Positions 9,575 through 19,857 of a stretch of DNA of 64,000 bases are shown here, piece after piece. Within the stretch, counting starts at the first letter, position 1. The number at the start of each line of letters is the position of its first letter. The notes below the pieces were generated by a model, which ran no database searches, was not told the DNA's origin, and saw only the letters and a program-made list of their open reading frames with translations. The DNA comes from Myxococcota bacterium (GTDB taxonomy: Bacteria; Myxococcota_A; SURF-8). The position numbers were made by a program, and so were the translations under genes. The stretch covers positions 768,001-832,000 of the forward strand of contig CAXXQS010000001.1 of assembly GCA_963674735.2 (NCBI GenBank), read 5' to 3'.

Positions 9575-11662
9575 TTATTCCGTTTTGGGCGGAGTTTCGT
9601 TTTCTTCGAAAATCGGGAACAGCAAACTGAAGATGGTGCCGTTTCCGACTTCGCTGGACACTTTGATGTCGCCGCCGTATTGCGTGATGATGCGATAAGA
9701 AACGTGCAACCCCATGCCGGTGCCTTTGCCGGTGGGTTTGGTGGTGAAAAGCGGTGTGAAAATGCGCTCCAGATGTTCGTCGGCGATGCCGTGCCCGGTG
9801 TCTTCGACTTCAGCCAAAACGAAGCGCGAGTCCTGCGGTTTGAGGCGCAAGGTCAGCTTGCCGCGACCTTCCATCGCATCGATGGCGTTGACGATCAGGT
9901 TGATGAACACCTGCTGATACTGGCCGCGATTGCCGCGCACCTGGGCAACCGGTTCGAAATCGCGCTTGACGATGATATCGCCGAAATTCCGCGTATGGTA
10001 GGAAAGCTCCAGCGATTCTTTGATGATTTCAACCAGATCGATGGGATTGGCGACCACCGTTTCATCTTCTTTCATGGAACGGGCGTATTTGGAAAGCCCA
10101 CGCACGATTTCAGCCATGCGATTGACATACTTCACGATGTCGCGCGTGGCGCTCTGGACGGTCAGCTTGTTATCAATATGGCGTAAAATGTGTTGCGACT
10201 TGAGCAGGAGCGCCTGAAGCGGATTGTTGATTTCGTGCGCCACACCGGCGGCCAGAATACCGATACCGGCCAGCTTTTCCGACTGGACCAACTGGAAATG
10301 CATGGACTTCACTTCATCGAGAGAATTTTCCAGCTCTTTCGTGCGCTCGGCCACCATGCGTTCCAAATTGTCGACGTAGCGCCGCAGTTGGCGTTCCATG
10401 ATTTTCTTGTCGGTGATGTCGTGCAACACACCGATGACATGCGGTTCGTCGCGCATCTCGACCGGCTGGGCTTTGCATTCGACAACCGCTTTTTTGGCGT
10501 CCTTGCGGGCGATCAGAAATTCGACCGGCTTGATATAGCGTCCCGTTTTGACGTTTTCCCACCACGCCTGCGCCTTGGCGTCGTTGCGCTTGACGATGAG
10601 ATCGAGCACCGGACGGCCCTTGAGTTCCTGGCGGGTGAAACCCGTGATATTGGCGAAGGCCTTGTTGACGAAGATGAGTTCGTTGCCCTTGGCGATGAAG
10701 TACCCTTCGTTGATGTCTTCGACCAGATGGCGATAGCGTTCTTCCGATTCGTCGAGATCGCGGGAACGTTCGGCGAGAATCTGTTGCAGATCGTTGGTGT
10801 AGCGCAGAAGTTGTTCCTGGAGCTGGCGCTGCTCCGACATATCGCGCCCGACGGCCAGGTAACCGAGTATTTCCCCCTTTGCCGAGCGAATCTGGGTAAT
10901 GGCCACCTGCACGGTGAGCTCATGTCCGTCTTTGTGGCGGTAGGGGACTTCTCCCGAAAAGTACTGGGCGCTGAGTATCTCTTCACGCACTTTGTCCATT
11001 GAGCCTTCGGTGTTGAAGGCTTCGGAGTGAAGCACTTCGGGACCGCGTCCCATGACCTCGACGGGATCGTAGCCAAGCAGTTGCTGGGCGGTGTAGCTGA
11101 ATTGTTGGATCCGATTGTCGCTGTCGAGAAGAATGGAGAAATACTCGCTGCGCAGATTCAGCAGAGAGTCGACCACCGAATTGGCGTGAGCGGTTTCCGT
11201 TTCGAGGTCAGTCAGGCGTTTCTGGATCAGGGCGGTTTCATTCTTTTGATGTTCGACCGCTCGTGTGTAGACCTGTTCGAAAAGCCGGTTGCGTGTGAGG
11301 TGAAACCAATCGTCCAGCAGACGAATGTGTTTCTGGTAGAACTTCAGCCGCTCTTTCGAATTGATGAAGCGGGCGAAGGTGTGCTTGAGATTTTCCAGCC
11401 CCTGCAAAAAGGTGAATATCGTTGCGACTTTGCGCTCGCCTTTAAGCGAGTAGGCGATCTGGAAAAGAGAGGCCACCATGTAGCGGCGATCATCTTCATT
11501 AACCGCTCGCATCATGGCGTCGAGCAGGCTCTCCGCGATATCATTGAGTGCCAGAGGGTCCAACTGGCCGTTGTCTGAAAGAAAATTTTCCAGATCGGTA
11601 ATCAGGTCGTCCCGATGGGCGAGATAAATGCGATTTAGTAGTGGAGCGATTTGATGAGTCAC
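9575..11662 (-). CDS. PAS-PAS sensor histidine kinase
   Basis: H-box GVAHEINNPL, N-box NLIVNAIDA, DTGHGI, FTTK..GKGTGMGL; two PAS domains. Confidence 0.95.
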   Translation of the reverse strand: MTHQIAPLLNRIYLAHRDDLITDLENFLSDNGQLDPLALNDIAESLLDAMMRAVNEDDRRYMVASLFQIAYSLKGERKVATIFTFLQGLENLKHTFARFINSKERLKFYQKHIRLLDDWFHLTRNRLFEQVYTRAVEHQKNETALIQKRLTDLETETAHANSVVDSLLNLRSEYFSILLDSDNRIQQFSYTAQQLLGYDPVEVMGRGPEVLHSEAFNTEGSMDKVREEILSAQYFSGEVPYRHKDGHELTVQVAITQIRSAKGEILGYLAVGRDMSEQRQLQEQLLRYTNDLQQILAERSRDLDESEERYRHLVEDINEGYFIAKGNELIFVNKAFANITGFTRQELKGRPVLDLIVKRNDAKAQAWWENVKTGRYIKPVEFLIARKDAKKAVVECKAQPVEMRDEPHVIGVLHDITDKKIMERQLRRYVDNLERMVAERTKELENSLDEVKSMHFQLVQSEKLAGIGILAAGVAHEINNPLQALLLKSQHILRHIDNKLTVQSATRDIVKYVNRMAEIVRGLSKYARSMKEDETVVANPIDLVEIIKESLELSYHTRNFGDIIVKRDFEPVAQVRGNRGQYQQVFINLIVNAIDAMEGRGKLTLRLKPQDSRFVLAEVEDTGHGIADEHLERIFTPLFTTKPTGKGTGMGLHVSYRIITQYGGDIKVSSEVGNGTIFSLLFPIFEENETPPKTE

Positions 11663-11794
11663 GCGTCCTCTAGTGGCAAATAGAAATCTGAATTCCTGTC
11701 AAAAACTACATGGTTAAAACGAATTTGTCCAGATAAAGCAAAGTCGCCTTTGGAAGGCGACTTTGAGACGAGACGTATCGGATGCGGCGTCAGC

Positions 11795-12775
11795 TCATTG
11801 AGTGGCTTCGCCTTTATAGTAACTCTGTTCTTTGATGAAGCGCTCTTTTTGGTATTTCGGAATCTGGTAGACTTTGGTGTCGCCCTTCAGCATCACCCAA
11901 ACGAGCCGTTTTTGTTCGTCTTCATTGCCGAATAACAGGGTTTGGCTTTCACCGGTTTTCCGTGTGACGGTCAGCGACGCTTCCGGTTTATCGAGTCCAT
12001 AACCGGTCAGACCGGCGGGTTTCTCGACGATATCCGACCAGCGCAAGCGGAACAGGGAACCGAGCATCCCGTCTAGCCGAGCGGTATCGACGGGGAAATC
12101 GGCCTTTTGGTCGCATACCCAACCGGCGGGGACGGCCGCCTCGCCTTCAGTAGCCTCTTTTGCTTCGTTGAAGGTGAACCCGTAAGTGGTCTTTTTCACG
12201 GAAAAAGAAATATTCTTAACGTCGTCTTTGGTCAGACTGCCGTCGAACAGCGATTTGTCGCGCCAGTCCTGGACGGATTTTTTGAAGCCGGAACCCAAAG
12301 TCAGCTTGGAGGCATAGACCGTATCGGAATCGGGCAAGCGCAGGAAGTTCGAACGGAAATCGGGTGTGTTCTTCCCGACGATCAGCGTCAGGATTTCCCG
12401 GCCCTGTGAAAGCGCCTTAACGTGCGAGCCTTCCTCGTCTACGGAAAACTGACTATGCTTGTCTTTGTTTTCGGAGACGACGCGATCGAGCGAAACCTCG
12501 GCGAGTTTGTCGACGATCAGCGAGGAGAAGCTCTTGTCGGCCTTATACTCGGCCGGGGAGGTGATGAACCAGTCGTCGCCGCGTTTTTCGAAGGTGATGG
12601 CCTCGGTTTTGTTGACGATTTCGATCTTGTCGACCGCATCGGCACTCAGTTCCGGCAGGACCGGTAGAGCGGATGTCTCCGGAGTTTCGTAGGGATCTTC
12701 CTGCAGCAAAATGACCAGTCCAAGCAGGATAACGAAAATGACGATTGCGAGAAACGTTTTACTCTTCAAGAACAT
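11795..12775 (-). CDS. DUF4340 domain protein
   Basis: N-terminal TM; duplicated domain with W.I..P, YGLDKP and DWRDK motifs; lies after a GldG-like gene. Confidence 0.85.
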   Translation of the reverse strand: MFLKSKTFLAIVIFVILLGLVILLQEDPYETPETSALPVLPELSADAVDKIEIVNKTEAITFEKRGDDWFITSPAEYKADKSFSSLIVDKLAEVSLDRVVSENKDKHSQFSVDEEGSHVKALSQGREILTLIVGKNTPDFRSNFLRLPDSDTVYASKLTLGSGFKKSVQDWRDKSLFDGSLTKDDVKNISFSVKKTTYGFTFNEAKEATEGEAAVPAGWVCDQKADFPVDTARLDGMLGSLFRLRWSDIVEKPAGLTGYGLDKPEASLTVTRKTGESQTLLFGNEDEQKRLVWVMLKGDTKVYQIPKYQKERFIKEQSYYKGEATQ

Positions 12776-12808
12776 GGGAACTCCCCGTTTATCGGATAGA
12801 TTCCAAAG

Positions 12809-14401
12809 TTATACCGCCAGTTGAACGCCCTTCCGGCGGGCGCGACGCAAGGTCCAGCGAAGCAAACCGAACAGGATAAACAGAATCGGGACGCCGATCA
12901 TGTTCATGTACTTGACAAGGCCTTTTTCCCAACTCTCCAACTCGGCGATGGGTTTGCTCGTGATGCCGCGGCTGCGGATCGTAATCAACGCCTCGTCTTG
13001 CAGAAGCCAGTCGATGGTGTTGATGAGGAACACCAGGTTCTGCGGGTCGGTGGTCTGATCCTGGGCGAAGGAGCCGTCGCCGATGACGAGAATGCGCGTA
13101 TCCGGGCTCTGTTTCAGGATGTCGTCGGGGTTGGACATGTAGGGTTTGTCCGCTGCGGAGGAGTCGATCTTATCGGCGAAATAGCTCGTGAAGCGTCCTT
13201 TGGCCATGGCCATGAGCGGAAACGGTCCGGTTTTGGACGTGCCCATGGGAGACAGATTTTCCATCGGGTTGAGCTTGTACATGCCTGTTTGCAGCCAACT
13301 GCGTTCCGAGGAACGCCCGAGCACGGTGTAAGTCAGGTCCGGTTTGTCGGCGGCGATCTCCAAGGAGCTGACGAAGCTGAAGGACAGGGCATCGAGGGTG
13401 TTGGTGAGCGAACTGTCGCGGTCGAAATCGGTGACGACCGGAATCAGCGGGTAGTTGATGACGTTGGTCATGCGGAACATGCCCTGCTGACTGGCGACGT
13501 TGATGCGCTTGTTCTGCAGATCGAGAACCAGATCATCATTGACGGTGATGCCGTAGTGCTTCAGCAGGACATCCAGCCCGTTGTCGATATTGGTTCCATG
13601 GAAGTTGCGCAAATCGACGTTGACTTTGTCCGTCAAAAAGGCGATGGTGCGCCCCTTCATCAGGAACTGGTCGATGCGGAAAAGCTCTTCGTCGGTCAGC
13701 TTTTCCGTGGGGTTGACGATCAACAGGGTGTCCATTTCGTCATTGATGGCGTTTCCTTCTAGGGCATTGACCATCTCGACTTTGTAGGCCTTTTGGAGCT
13801 CGCCCATAAGCTGGCGCATGGTTTCGTTCGGATTCGGCTCGCCATGGCCTTGCAGGAAGCCCACAACCGATAGCTTTTCGCTGGTAAGCTTGCGGATCGT
13901 CGAGGTGAATTCGTATTCCAGTCCGGTGGTGGATTTCACAACCGGGATGACTTCTTTGCGGTCGGCATAATAGAAGGCAATGCCGAGAAAGGCCTGCTTG
14001 ACCTGGAATTTATCATCTTGAATTTCCTGAATTTGAACGGGCGGGATGCCGAGCATCATCAGGTTGGTTTTCTCGGTTTCGTCTTCGCCGGGATCGATGA
14101 ATTCGAAGGTGAAGCGGCCTTTGGAGTAGGCGGCATATTCCTCGAACAGGTCTTTCACGAATGTGGTGTGGGAGTTGTAGGGCGCGGGCAGATCCGACGT
14201 GAAGTAGGCCTTGGCGTGCACCTTGTCGTCCAGGTTCTTCATGATGTTCCGACTGGCGTCCGACAGCGAATACATGCCGTTTTCCGTTAGATCCAGGCGG
14301 CCGAACAGGCGTACCGATACCAGGTTGACCAGGACCAGAATGCCGACGACCGTCAGAATGAACAAGCCGATGGAGGCCTGCGTTTTGACATTGTGTTTCA
14401 T
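12809..14401 (-). CDS. GldG-family ABC transporter auxiliary component
   Basis: RLDLTENGMYSLS, EYEFT..I, FLQGHGE, IDQFLMKG, N.IDWL; C-terminal TM. Confidence 0.9.
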   Translation of the reverse strand: MKHNVKTQASIGLFILTVVGILVLVNLVSVRLFGRLDLTENGMYSLSDASRNIMKNLDDKVHAKAYFTSDLPAPYNSHTTFVKDLFEEYAAYSKGRFTFEFIDPGEDETEKTNLMMLGIPPVQIQEIQDDKFQVKQAFLGIAFYYADRKEVIPVVKSTTGLEYEFTSTIRKLTSEKLSVVGFLQGHGEPNPNETMRQLMGELQKAYKVEMVNALEGNAINDEMDTLLIVNPTEKLTDEELFRIDQFLMKGRTIAFLTDKVNVDLRNFHGTNIDNGLDVLLKHYGITVNDDLVLDLQNKRINVASQQGMFRMTNVINYPLIPVVTDFDRDSSLTNTLDALSFSFVSSLEIAADKPDLTYTVLGRSSERSWLQTGMYKLNPMENLSPMGTSKTGPFPLMAMAKGRFTSYFADKIDSSAADKPYMSNPDDILKQSPDTRILVIGDGSFAQDQTTDPQNLVFLINTIDWLLQDEALITIRSRGITSKPIAELESWEKGLVKYMNMIGVPILFILFGLLRWTLRRARRKGVQLAV

Positions 14402-14434
14402 CTGACTCTTCCTCTTGTCTCCAGGCCGTCAAGC

Positions 14435-15157
14435 CTATTTGATTCGTTCGCTTTCAAGGGCGTGCACCGAAAACATCAAAAACATGCTGATGAAGGTCGC
14501 GTAGTAAATCAGGTCGCGGGTATCGATCACGCCGCGTGCGATGTTGTTGAAGTGGTAATCGATCGATAAAAACTGCAGGGTCGAAGCCATGAAAGCCGGC
14601 GCGAACATGAGCACTTTGTCCAGGATAAATACCACGAAACACAGCGCGAGGCCGACGATGAAGGCCACGATCTGATTCCGGCTGATCGAGGAGCAGAACA
14701 TGCCCAGCGCCAGATAACCGCCTCCAAGCAGCATCAATCCCAGATAACCGCCGATCACCGGGCCCCAGTCGAGATCGCCCAGGAAGCTGATGGTGATGGG
14801 GTAGGTGAGGGTGAGCAGACCGGCGACGGCCAGCAGACCGAAGGCGGCCAGATATTTTCCGAGAATGATGGAGGTGCTGGACATCGGCAGAGTAACCAGC
14901 AATTCCAACGTTCCGGTTTTGCGCTCTTCGGAAATTAAACGCATCGTGATGGCCGGTGCGAAGAAAATGAACAGGGTCGGCGTGATGCCGAACAACCCGC
15001 GCAAGGTGGTTTCGCCGACCAGGAAGAATTGTTGAAAGAACAGCCAGCCGGTGATCAGGAGAAACACCGTGATGACGATATAGGCGATCGGCGAATTGAA
15101 ATAGCTGGCAAATTCGCGTTTGAAGATCGCCCAAGTGGTTTTGATGGTCTGTTGCAT
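14435..15157 (-). CDS. GldF-like ABC-2 permease
   Basis: REFASYFNSPIAY, PAITMR.ISEERKTGTLELL.T.P, RGVID.RD. Confidence 0.92.
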   Translation of the reverse strand: MQQTIKTTWAIFKREFASYFNSPIAYIVITVFLLITGWLFFQQFFLVGETTLRGLFGITPTLFIFFAPAITMRLISEERKTGTLELLVTLPMSSTSIILGKYLAAFGLLAVAGLLTLTYPITISFLGDLDWGPVIGGYLGLMLLGGGYLALGMFCSSISRNQIVAFIVGLALCFVVFILDKVLMFAPAFMASTLQFLSIDYHFNNIARGVIDTRDLIYYATFISMFLMFSVHALESERIK

Positions 15158-15172
15158 CGGAACCTCTCGCGG

Positions 15173-16102
15173 CTATTGAACCGTCAGTTTGCGGAATACG
15201 TCTTCAAAGCTGACCGTTTCGCTGTGCAGCTCAAGCAGTGTCCAGCCCTTGTCGACGGCCAATTGGAAAACTTTGCCCCGGATATCGTGGATCTTTTTCG
15301 TTTCCAGCGTGAAAACCGGATGTCCGTCGATGTCGGGGCGTGCGGCGACATTTTCAACGAAATCGACGCTCTTCAGAATCTCAGCGGTCCCGTCGTAGGG
15401 CTTGTCGAGCTGAAGGGTGATGACGGTGTTGCTTTGATCGCGCTCCAGCAATTCCGAAGGGGTGCCGTCGGCGACCAGGCTGCCGTTATTGATGATGATC
15501 ACGCGGTTGCAGGTGGCGGTGACCTCCGGCAGAATATGCGTGGACAAAATCACGGTTTTCTCTTTGCCGATTTCCCGGATCAGATTTCGGATTTCCACGA
15601 TCTGGTTGGGATCGAGACCGGAGGTCGGTTCGTCGAGGATCAAGACCTCGGGGTCGTGAATCATGGCCTGGGCCAGGCCGACACGTTGCCGATATCCGCG
15701 GGATAACTGGCTGATGTCTTTGGCCACGACATCTTTCAGCCCGCAGACCTTGATCATCTCGGCAAGCTTGGATTTCTTCTGACTTGCCGGGATGTCGCGG
15801 ATTTCGGCGATGTAATTGAGATACTCAATCACCATCATGTCTTCGTAAAGCGGGAAGCTTTCCGGGACATAGCCGATCAGCTTTTTGGTTGCCATGGGAT
15901 CCTGGGCGCAGTCGATACCCTTGATGGTGGTTTTGCCTGCGGTCGGCTGCAAGTAGCCCGTAATGATCTTCATGGTGGTGGTTTTGCCGGCACCGTTGGG
16001 GCCTAGGAACCCCAAAATCTCGCCGTGTTGCACCTCGAAGCTGATGTTGTCCACGGCTGTGACCGGCCCATATTTTTTCGTTAGATTCACTACCGAAATC
16101 AT
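15173..16102 (-). CDS. GldA-like ABC transporter ATP-binding protein
   Basis: Walker A GPNGAGKTT; signature LSRGYRQRVG; Walker B LILDEPT. Confidence 0.95.
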   Translation of the reverse strand: MISVVNLTKKYGPVTAVDNISFEVQHGEILGFLGPNGAGKTTTMKIITGYLQPTAGKTTIKGIDCAQDPMATKKLIGYVPESFPLYEDMMVIEYLNYIAEIRDIPASQKKSKLAEMIKVCGLKDVVAKDISQLSRGYRQRVGLAQAMIHDPEVLILDEPTSGLDPNQIVEIRNLIREIGKEKTVILSTHILPEVTATCNRVIIINNGSLVADGTPSELLERDQSNTVITLQLDKPYDGTAEILKSVDFVENVAARPDIDGHPVFTLETKKIHDIRGKVFQLAVDKGWTLLELHSETVSFEDVFRKLTVQ

Positions 16103-16327
16103 TCTGGCCTTCTCTCTTGGATTGTTGCCAACAATTGCTTTAAGTTCTCTAAAGAACTATAGAAAATCCATTCAGCATGAGTGAACAGGTAACTATCAAG
16201 AAATATTCCAACTGTCAAATATTTTCCATAAACATTTGCCTTTTGCTAGAATATTCGTACAGTATTCGGGGATCGGATTTACCGCCAGCCTTTATTTGTC
16301 TACCTAAGCTAGGTAAGCTGCTGGCTT

Positions 16328-17503
16328 ATGCCTATTTTTAAGGACAAGATCTTGATGACGAAAAAGGACGACAATAACCAATCCCAAGGTGTTCGCCTAG
16401 ACAGCACATCGTTGCCGCCCACGATCGACTTGGGTTTGGCGGAGGGGACGCCGCGATCGGCTAAAGAATCCCCATTGCGCGATTACGCACGTGTGTTCGA
16501 TGCTCTTCCCGATTCGGCCGTTGTCTTGAATCTGGACGGCAACATCGAGGCGATCAACCGGAATTTCCGCTTGATCACCGGCTGTACCGAAAAGCAAATT
16601 GTCGGGCGTTCTTTTTCGGAGTTCATTGTCTCGAAAACGCAGGCGGAGAACGGGCAGAAAAAAGCGGTCGAACGTTATATCATCCAATCGATTCTAGAAG
16701 AAAACGTGTCGACTTACGCGTTCGATCTGGAGCTCAAAGACCGGGACGGCAAACCCATTCCCGTCAATTTCTCCGGCTCCCCTATCTTGAACGAGGATGG
16801 AAATATCGTCGGAATCGTCGGCATCGGACGCGATTTGACCGAAACCCGCAACATGATGGAAAAGCTCGAACGTGCCGAAACCCTGGCTCAGGATTACAGC
16901 TCGCGCCTGGAAGATCAGATGGGCGAGCGCATGGCGGAAATCAAGGAGCGCACCCGTATTCTGGAAGAGCTGTCGGTAACCGACGAACTCACCAAGCTTT
17001 ACAATCGACGATACGTTTTCAAACGGCTATTTGAAGAATTGCATCGCTCGAACCGCTACGGGAATCCGTTTTCTCTGGTGGCCCTGGACATCGATCACTT
17101 CAAAGTCATCAACGACACCTATGGTCACCAGGCCGGGGATATGGTTCTCTATGAGCTTTCCGGTATTTTGCGGGGTTCGATCCGGCAGACCGATGTCGTG
17201 GCCCGCACCGGCGGCGAAGAATTCATGATTATGCTGCCCTCCATTCGGGAAGGGCACGGTTATCTGTTCTGCGAGCGCTTACGCGAGAAGGTGAAAGCCT
17301 TCCAGTTCACCTATCTTCCGGAAGGCGTACATCCGACCATTTCCATGGGGATTGCCGACTACCCGCGTGATGGCGTGCATTCCATCGACGATTTGATCCG
17401 CCTTTCCGACAATGCCTTGTACAAGGCCAAGGAAACCCGCAATACCACCATTTGCGCATCGAATGTCAAAGATGACGCAATCGAGACGGTTCGCGATAAA
17501 TAA
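16328..17503 (+). CDS. PAS-domain diguanylate cyclase
   Basis: PAS, coiled coil, TDELTKLYNRR, DIDHFK.INDTYGH..GD, I-site RQTD, active site GGEEF. Confidence 0.95.
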   Translation: MPIFKDKILMTKKDDNNQSQGVRLDSTSLPPTIDLGLAEGTPRSAKESPLRDYARVFDALPDSAVVLNLDGNIEAINRNFRLITGCTEKQIVGRSFSEFIVSKTQAENGQKKAVERYIIQSILEENVSTYAFDLELKDRDGKPIPVNFSGSPILNEDGNIVGIVGIGRDLTETRNMMEKLERAETLAQDYSSRLEDQMGERMAEIKERTRILEELSVTDELTKLYNRRYVFKRLFEELHRSNRYGNPFSLVALDIDHFKVINDTYGHQAGDMVLYELSGILRGSIRQTDVVARTGGEEFMIMLPSIREGHGYLFCERLREKVKAFQFTYLPEGVHPTISMGIADYPRDGVHSIDDLIRLSDNALYKAKETRNTTICASNVKDDAIETVRDK

Positions 17504-17581
17504 AGCGTTTGAAATGCTCTCCGAATAAAAGCGTCTTGAAGCCATCTCAAAAATGGTCCCGATGAGGGACGCATATCGGAA

Positions 17582-17748
17582 TGCCTTGCCCCCCAAAAGC
17601 TGGACCGCTGATGTGTTAGAATCCTCCGATGATTCAAGGAGGGATTCTGATGAAAGGAAAGCGGTTTTCGGACGAGCAGATCGTGACGATCTTGGAGGAA
17701 GCGGAATGCAAGATCGCGACGGTGCAGGAGATCTGCCGCAAGCACGGC
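17582..17748 (+). mobile_element. IS3-family left-end remnant (IRL plus 33 codons of orfA)
   Basis: TGCCTTGCCCCCC...TGGACC end; RBS AGGAGG; ATG 17650 MKGKRFSDEQIVTILEEAE...EICRKHG, then fused to Rhs sequence. Confidence 0.8.
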
Positions 17749-17749
17749 G

Positions 17750-18244
17750 CGACCTGAACAGGTTGTGACCGGCCAAGGCGAGGTGCTGTGGGAGGCCACC
17801 TACGGCGTTTACAACTGGCACCGGACGTACATCCCCGAACTCGGCATCTACACCAGCCTCGACCCGCTCTTCCAGAACCCCGGTGCGCTGTATGGGTATG
17901 CTGGAACAAATCCGGTTTGGAACGTGGATCCGGAGGGGAGAAATGCATGGGTCATAGGATTTATTGGAACATATATTGTTGGAAAAGCTGCTTTTGCTGG
18001 TTATGATGAATACAATAAGAGTGATAGTACGTGGGAATCTGTTGTAAAGGCATCAGCAAAAGGGGCCGGGATGGCGGTGCTTACAGTGGCTGGGTTTAAA
18101 TTTAATCGGGGTGTTGGCTTCGTGTTACTCATTACGGATGCTTTAATAACGGCAACGGATGTTGCCTTTCGTGAAGTGGAAGTTGGAGGTGATCTAAAAT
18201 CGGAAGATGTTGGTGAAGACGGTGATGAAAATTGTGATTATTAA
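17750..18244 (+). pseudogene. Orphan Rhs core remnant plus C-terminal toxin tip (cassette 1)
   Basis: YNWHRTYIPELGIYTSLDPL...YGYAGTNP...DPEG Rhs-core motif, followed by a low-GC tip with hydrophobic Gly/Ala helices. Confidence 0.85.
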
Positions 18245-18262
18245 GTATTGAGAGCAGCGATC

Positions 18263-18667
18263 ATGGTAGTGAAAAAGTTTCATATCAGAGGAAACTGGGG
18301 AATGATAACGATATTGATTCTCGTTATTTCAATTCTTCTATGTGATGTGTTCAGTAATGAAATAATATTGCCTTATGTATTTAGCATAAAGATGTTGCAA
18401 TCGGCATTATTTATATTGTATGGTATATTATCCTTACTAATTCTATTTACACATAATATTTATGTTCATACTGATAATGTGGTCGAGTTTGTTGATTTGA
18501 TTTCTAGAAAACGGATTAGTATTGACTCAATAAAGGGATTTCATTCTAAAAAAGGCCTTATTCTTTTCAGTGGCAGAAAAGTTAAGTATTTTTTCCCACG
18601 GCTACAATACTATCCCAAGAAAGATTTTCATGAATGGATAGATAAGACTTTCACAAAATTAGATTAA
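18263..18667 (+). CDS. Putative membrane immunity protein for Rhs cassette 1
   Basis: Very low GC; two TM segments; immediately follows the tip. Confidence 0.6.
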   Translation: MVVKKFHIRGNWGMITILILVISILLCDVFSNEIILPYVFSIKMLQSALFILYGILSLLILFTHNIYVHTDNVVEFVDLISRKRISIDSIKGFHSKKGLILFSGRKVKYFFPRLQYYPKKDFHEWIDKTFTKLD

Positions 18668-18824
18668 CCTTGGCCTTGACATTCAGCTATGATTTTGTTA
18701 GCTTCCATCAAAATTACGAGAAATACCCACGATCCAACATGGAGCGTTATTTGCGGCTACTAAAACCATCGGTATGCTGAGAAGAATAACCAGCAAAGTG
18801 AACAAGATGTAATAAAATTACAAA

Positions 18825-19241
18825 ATGTTTTCATTCTCCAATCCATACTTAGTTGCGCTTGGAATACCGGCCATATTATTGGCGTCAGGTGCTTTTGCAA
18901 AAAAACTGGCAAGAGGCTCATCTTGGGAGCGTTTTGATTTCTTTCTTGGAGTGGAATTCACTTTGGCAGCGATGTCATCCGCTCTCATTTATATATTTGA
19001 TTTATCTAAAATTGGTTCAACTAGTAATCCCATTCCCGTATCCTTGATGAATAAATTTGCTGCGACGGCAGTATTTATTTCACTGTCCTTTTTTTTGTTG
19101 CTTTATATACTGTCCACACACCAAGACTGGCAAAGGCGAAATAATAATCCTCGCGGTCAAATATTCTGGTTAGGTGTGATTGCTAATATTATCGGTGCAG
19201 GCCTCCTTGCGACCTTTGTATTGCTTGTTAAGGGGGTATAA
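18825..19241 (+). CDS. Four-TM membrane protein of unknown function
   Basis: 138 aa, four hydrophobic segments; stop 4 nt before the TIR gene start. Confidence 0.8.
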   Translation: MFSFSNPYLVALGIPAILLASGAFAKKLARGSSWERFDFFLGVEFTLAAMSSALIYIFDLSKIGSTSNPIPVSLMNKFAATAVFISLSFFLLLYILSTHQDWQRRNNNPRGQIFWLGVIANIIGAGLLATFVLLVKGV

Positions 19242-19245
19242 TGCA

Positions 19246-19857
19246 ATGAAACGCGATTTAATAGATAAATTTAGCAGCTTTACCAGCATCACCGGTTTAG
19301 TTATTGCGTTATTATCAGTGACACTTGATGCTCAATTCGCAAATGATTCGAACTCTCTAATGCTATCATTTATGATTGCCGCTTCAGCCATAGCTGCAAT
19401 CGGAGCATACACAAAAATATTCTCTGGAAGAAGAAGACCTAAAACAGGCAAAGGCCGAATATTTTTGATCTACGCAAAGGAAGACACGGAAAGAATTGAG
19501 AAAATATATGATGAATTAAAGAGATCAGGACTTAAGCCGTGGCTTGACACCCATGATATTCTTCCAGGTCAAGATTGGAAACAAACGATCACCGAAGCAC
19601 TTAAAGAATCTGATCTAGCACTTGCTTGTCTGTCAAAAGCCTCAGTCAGTAAAAAAGGTTTTGTTCAATCGGAACTGAAAATAGCTCTTGATATTTTAGA
19701 AGAACGATCTCGGGGAGTAAGCCCTGTTATTCCCGTACGCTTGGAGGAAACTGAAGTCCCCGAGCGACTTAAAAACTTGCAATGGATTGATTTGTTCGAG
19801 AATGGTAATATCATGAAATTAAAAACGGCGATAGAGAAAGCTTCAGCCATGGGCTGA
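19246..19857 (+). CDS. TIR-domain protein with two N-terminal TM helices
   Basis: IFLIYAKED, GLKPWLD..DILPGQDW...I..AL..SD, LSKASV.KKGFVQSEL, VIPVRLE, L.NLQWIDLF; RBS AAGGGGG overlaps the upstream gene end. Confidence 0.92.
   Translation: MKRDLIDKFSSFTSITGLVIALLSVTLDAQFANDSNSLMLSFMIAASAIAAIGAYTKIFSGRRRPKTGKGRIFLIYAKEDTERIEKIYDELKRSGLKPWLDTHDILPGQDWKQTITEALKESDLALACLSKASVSKKGFVQSELKIALDILEERSRGVSPVIPVRLEETEVPERLKNLQWIDLFENGNIMKLKTAIEKASAMG

Noticed and set aside
11795-16102. Gld-like genes as evidence of Bacteroidota-type gliding or T9SS
   Set aside because: GldA/F/G plus DUF4340 modules are widespread; no gldK-N or spr genes here
18825-19857. Canonical Thoeris or CBASS call
   Set aside because: No ThsA (SIR2-SLOG or Macro) or nucleotide cyclase; kept as an unclassified candidate
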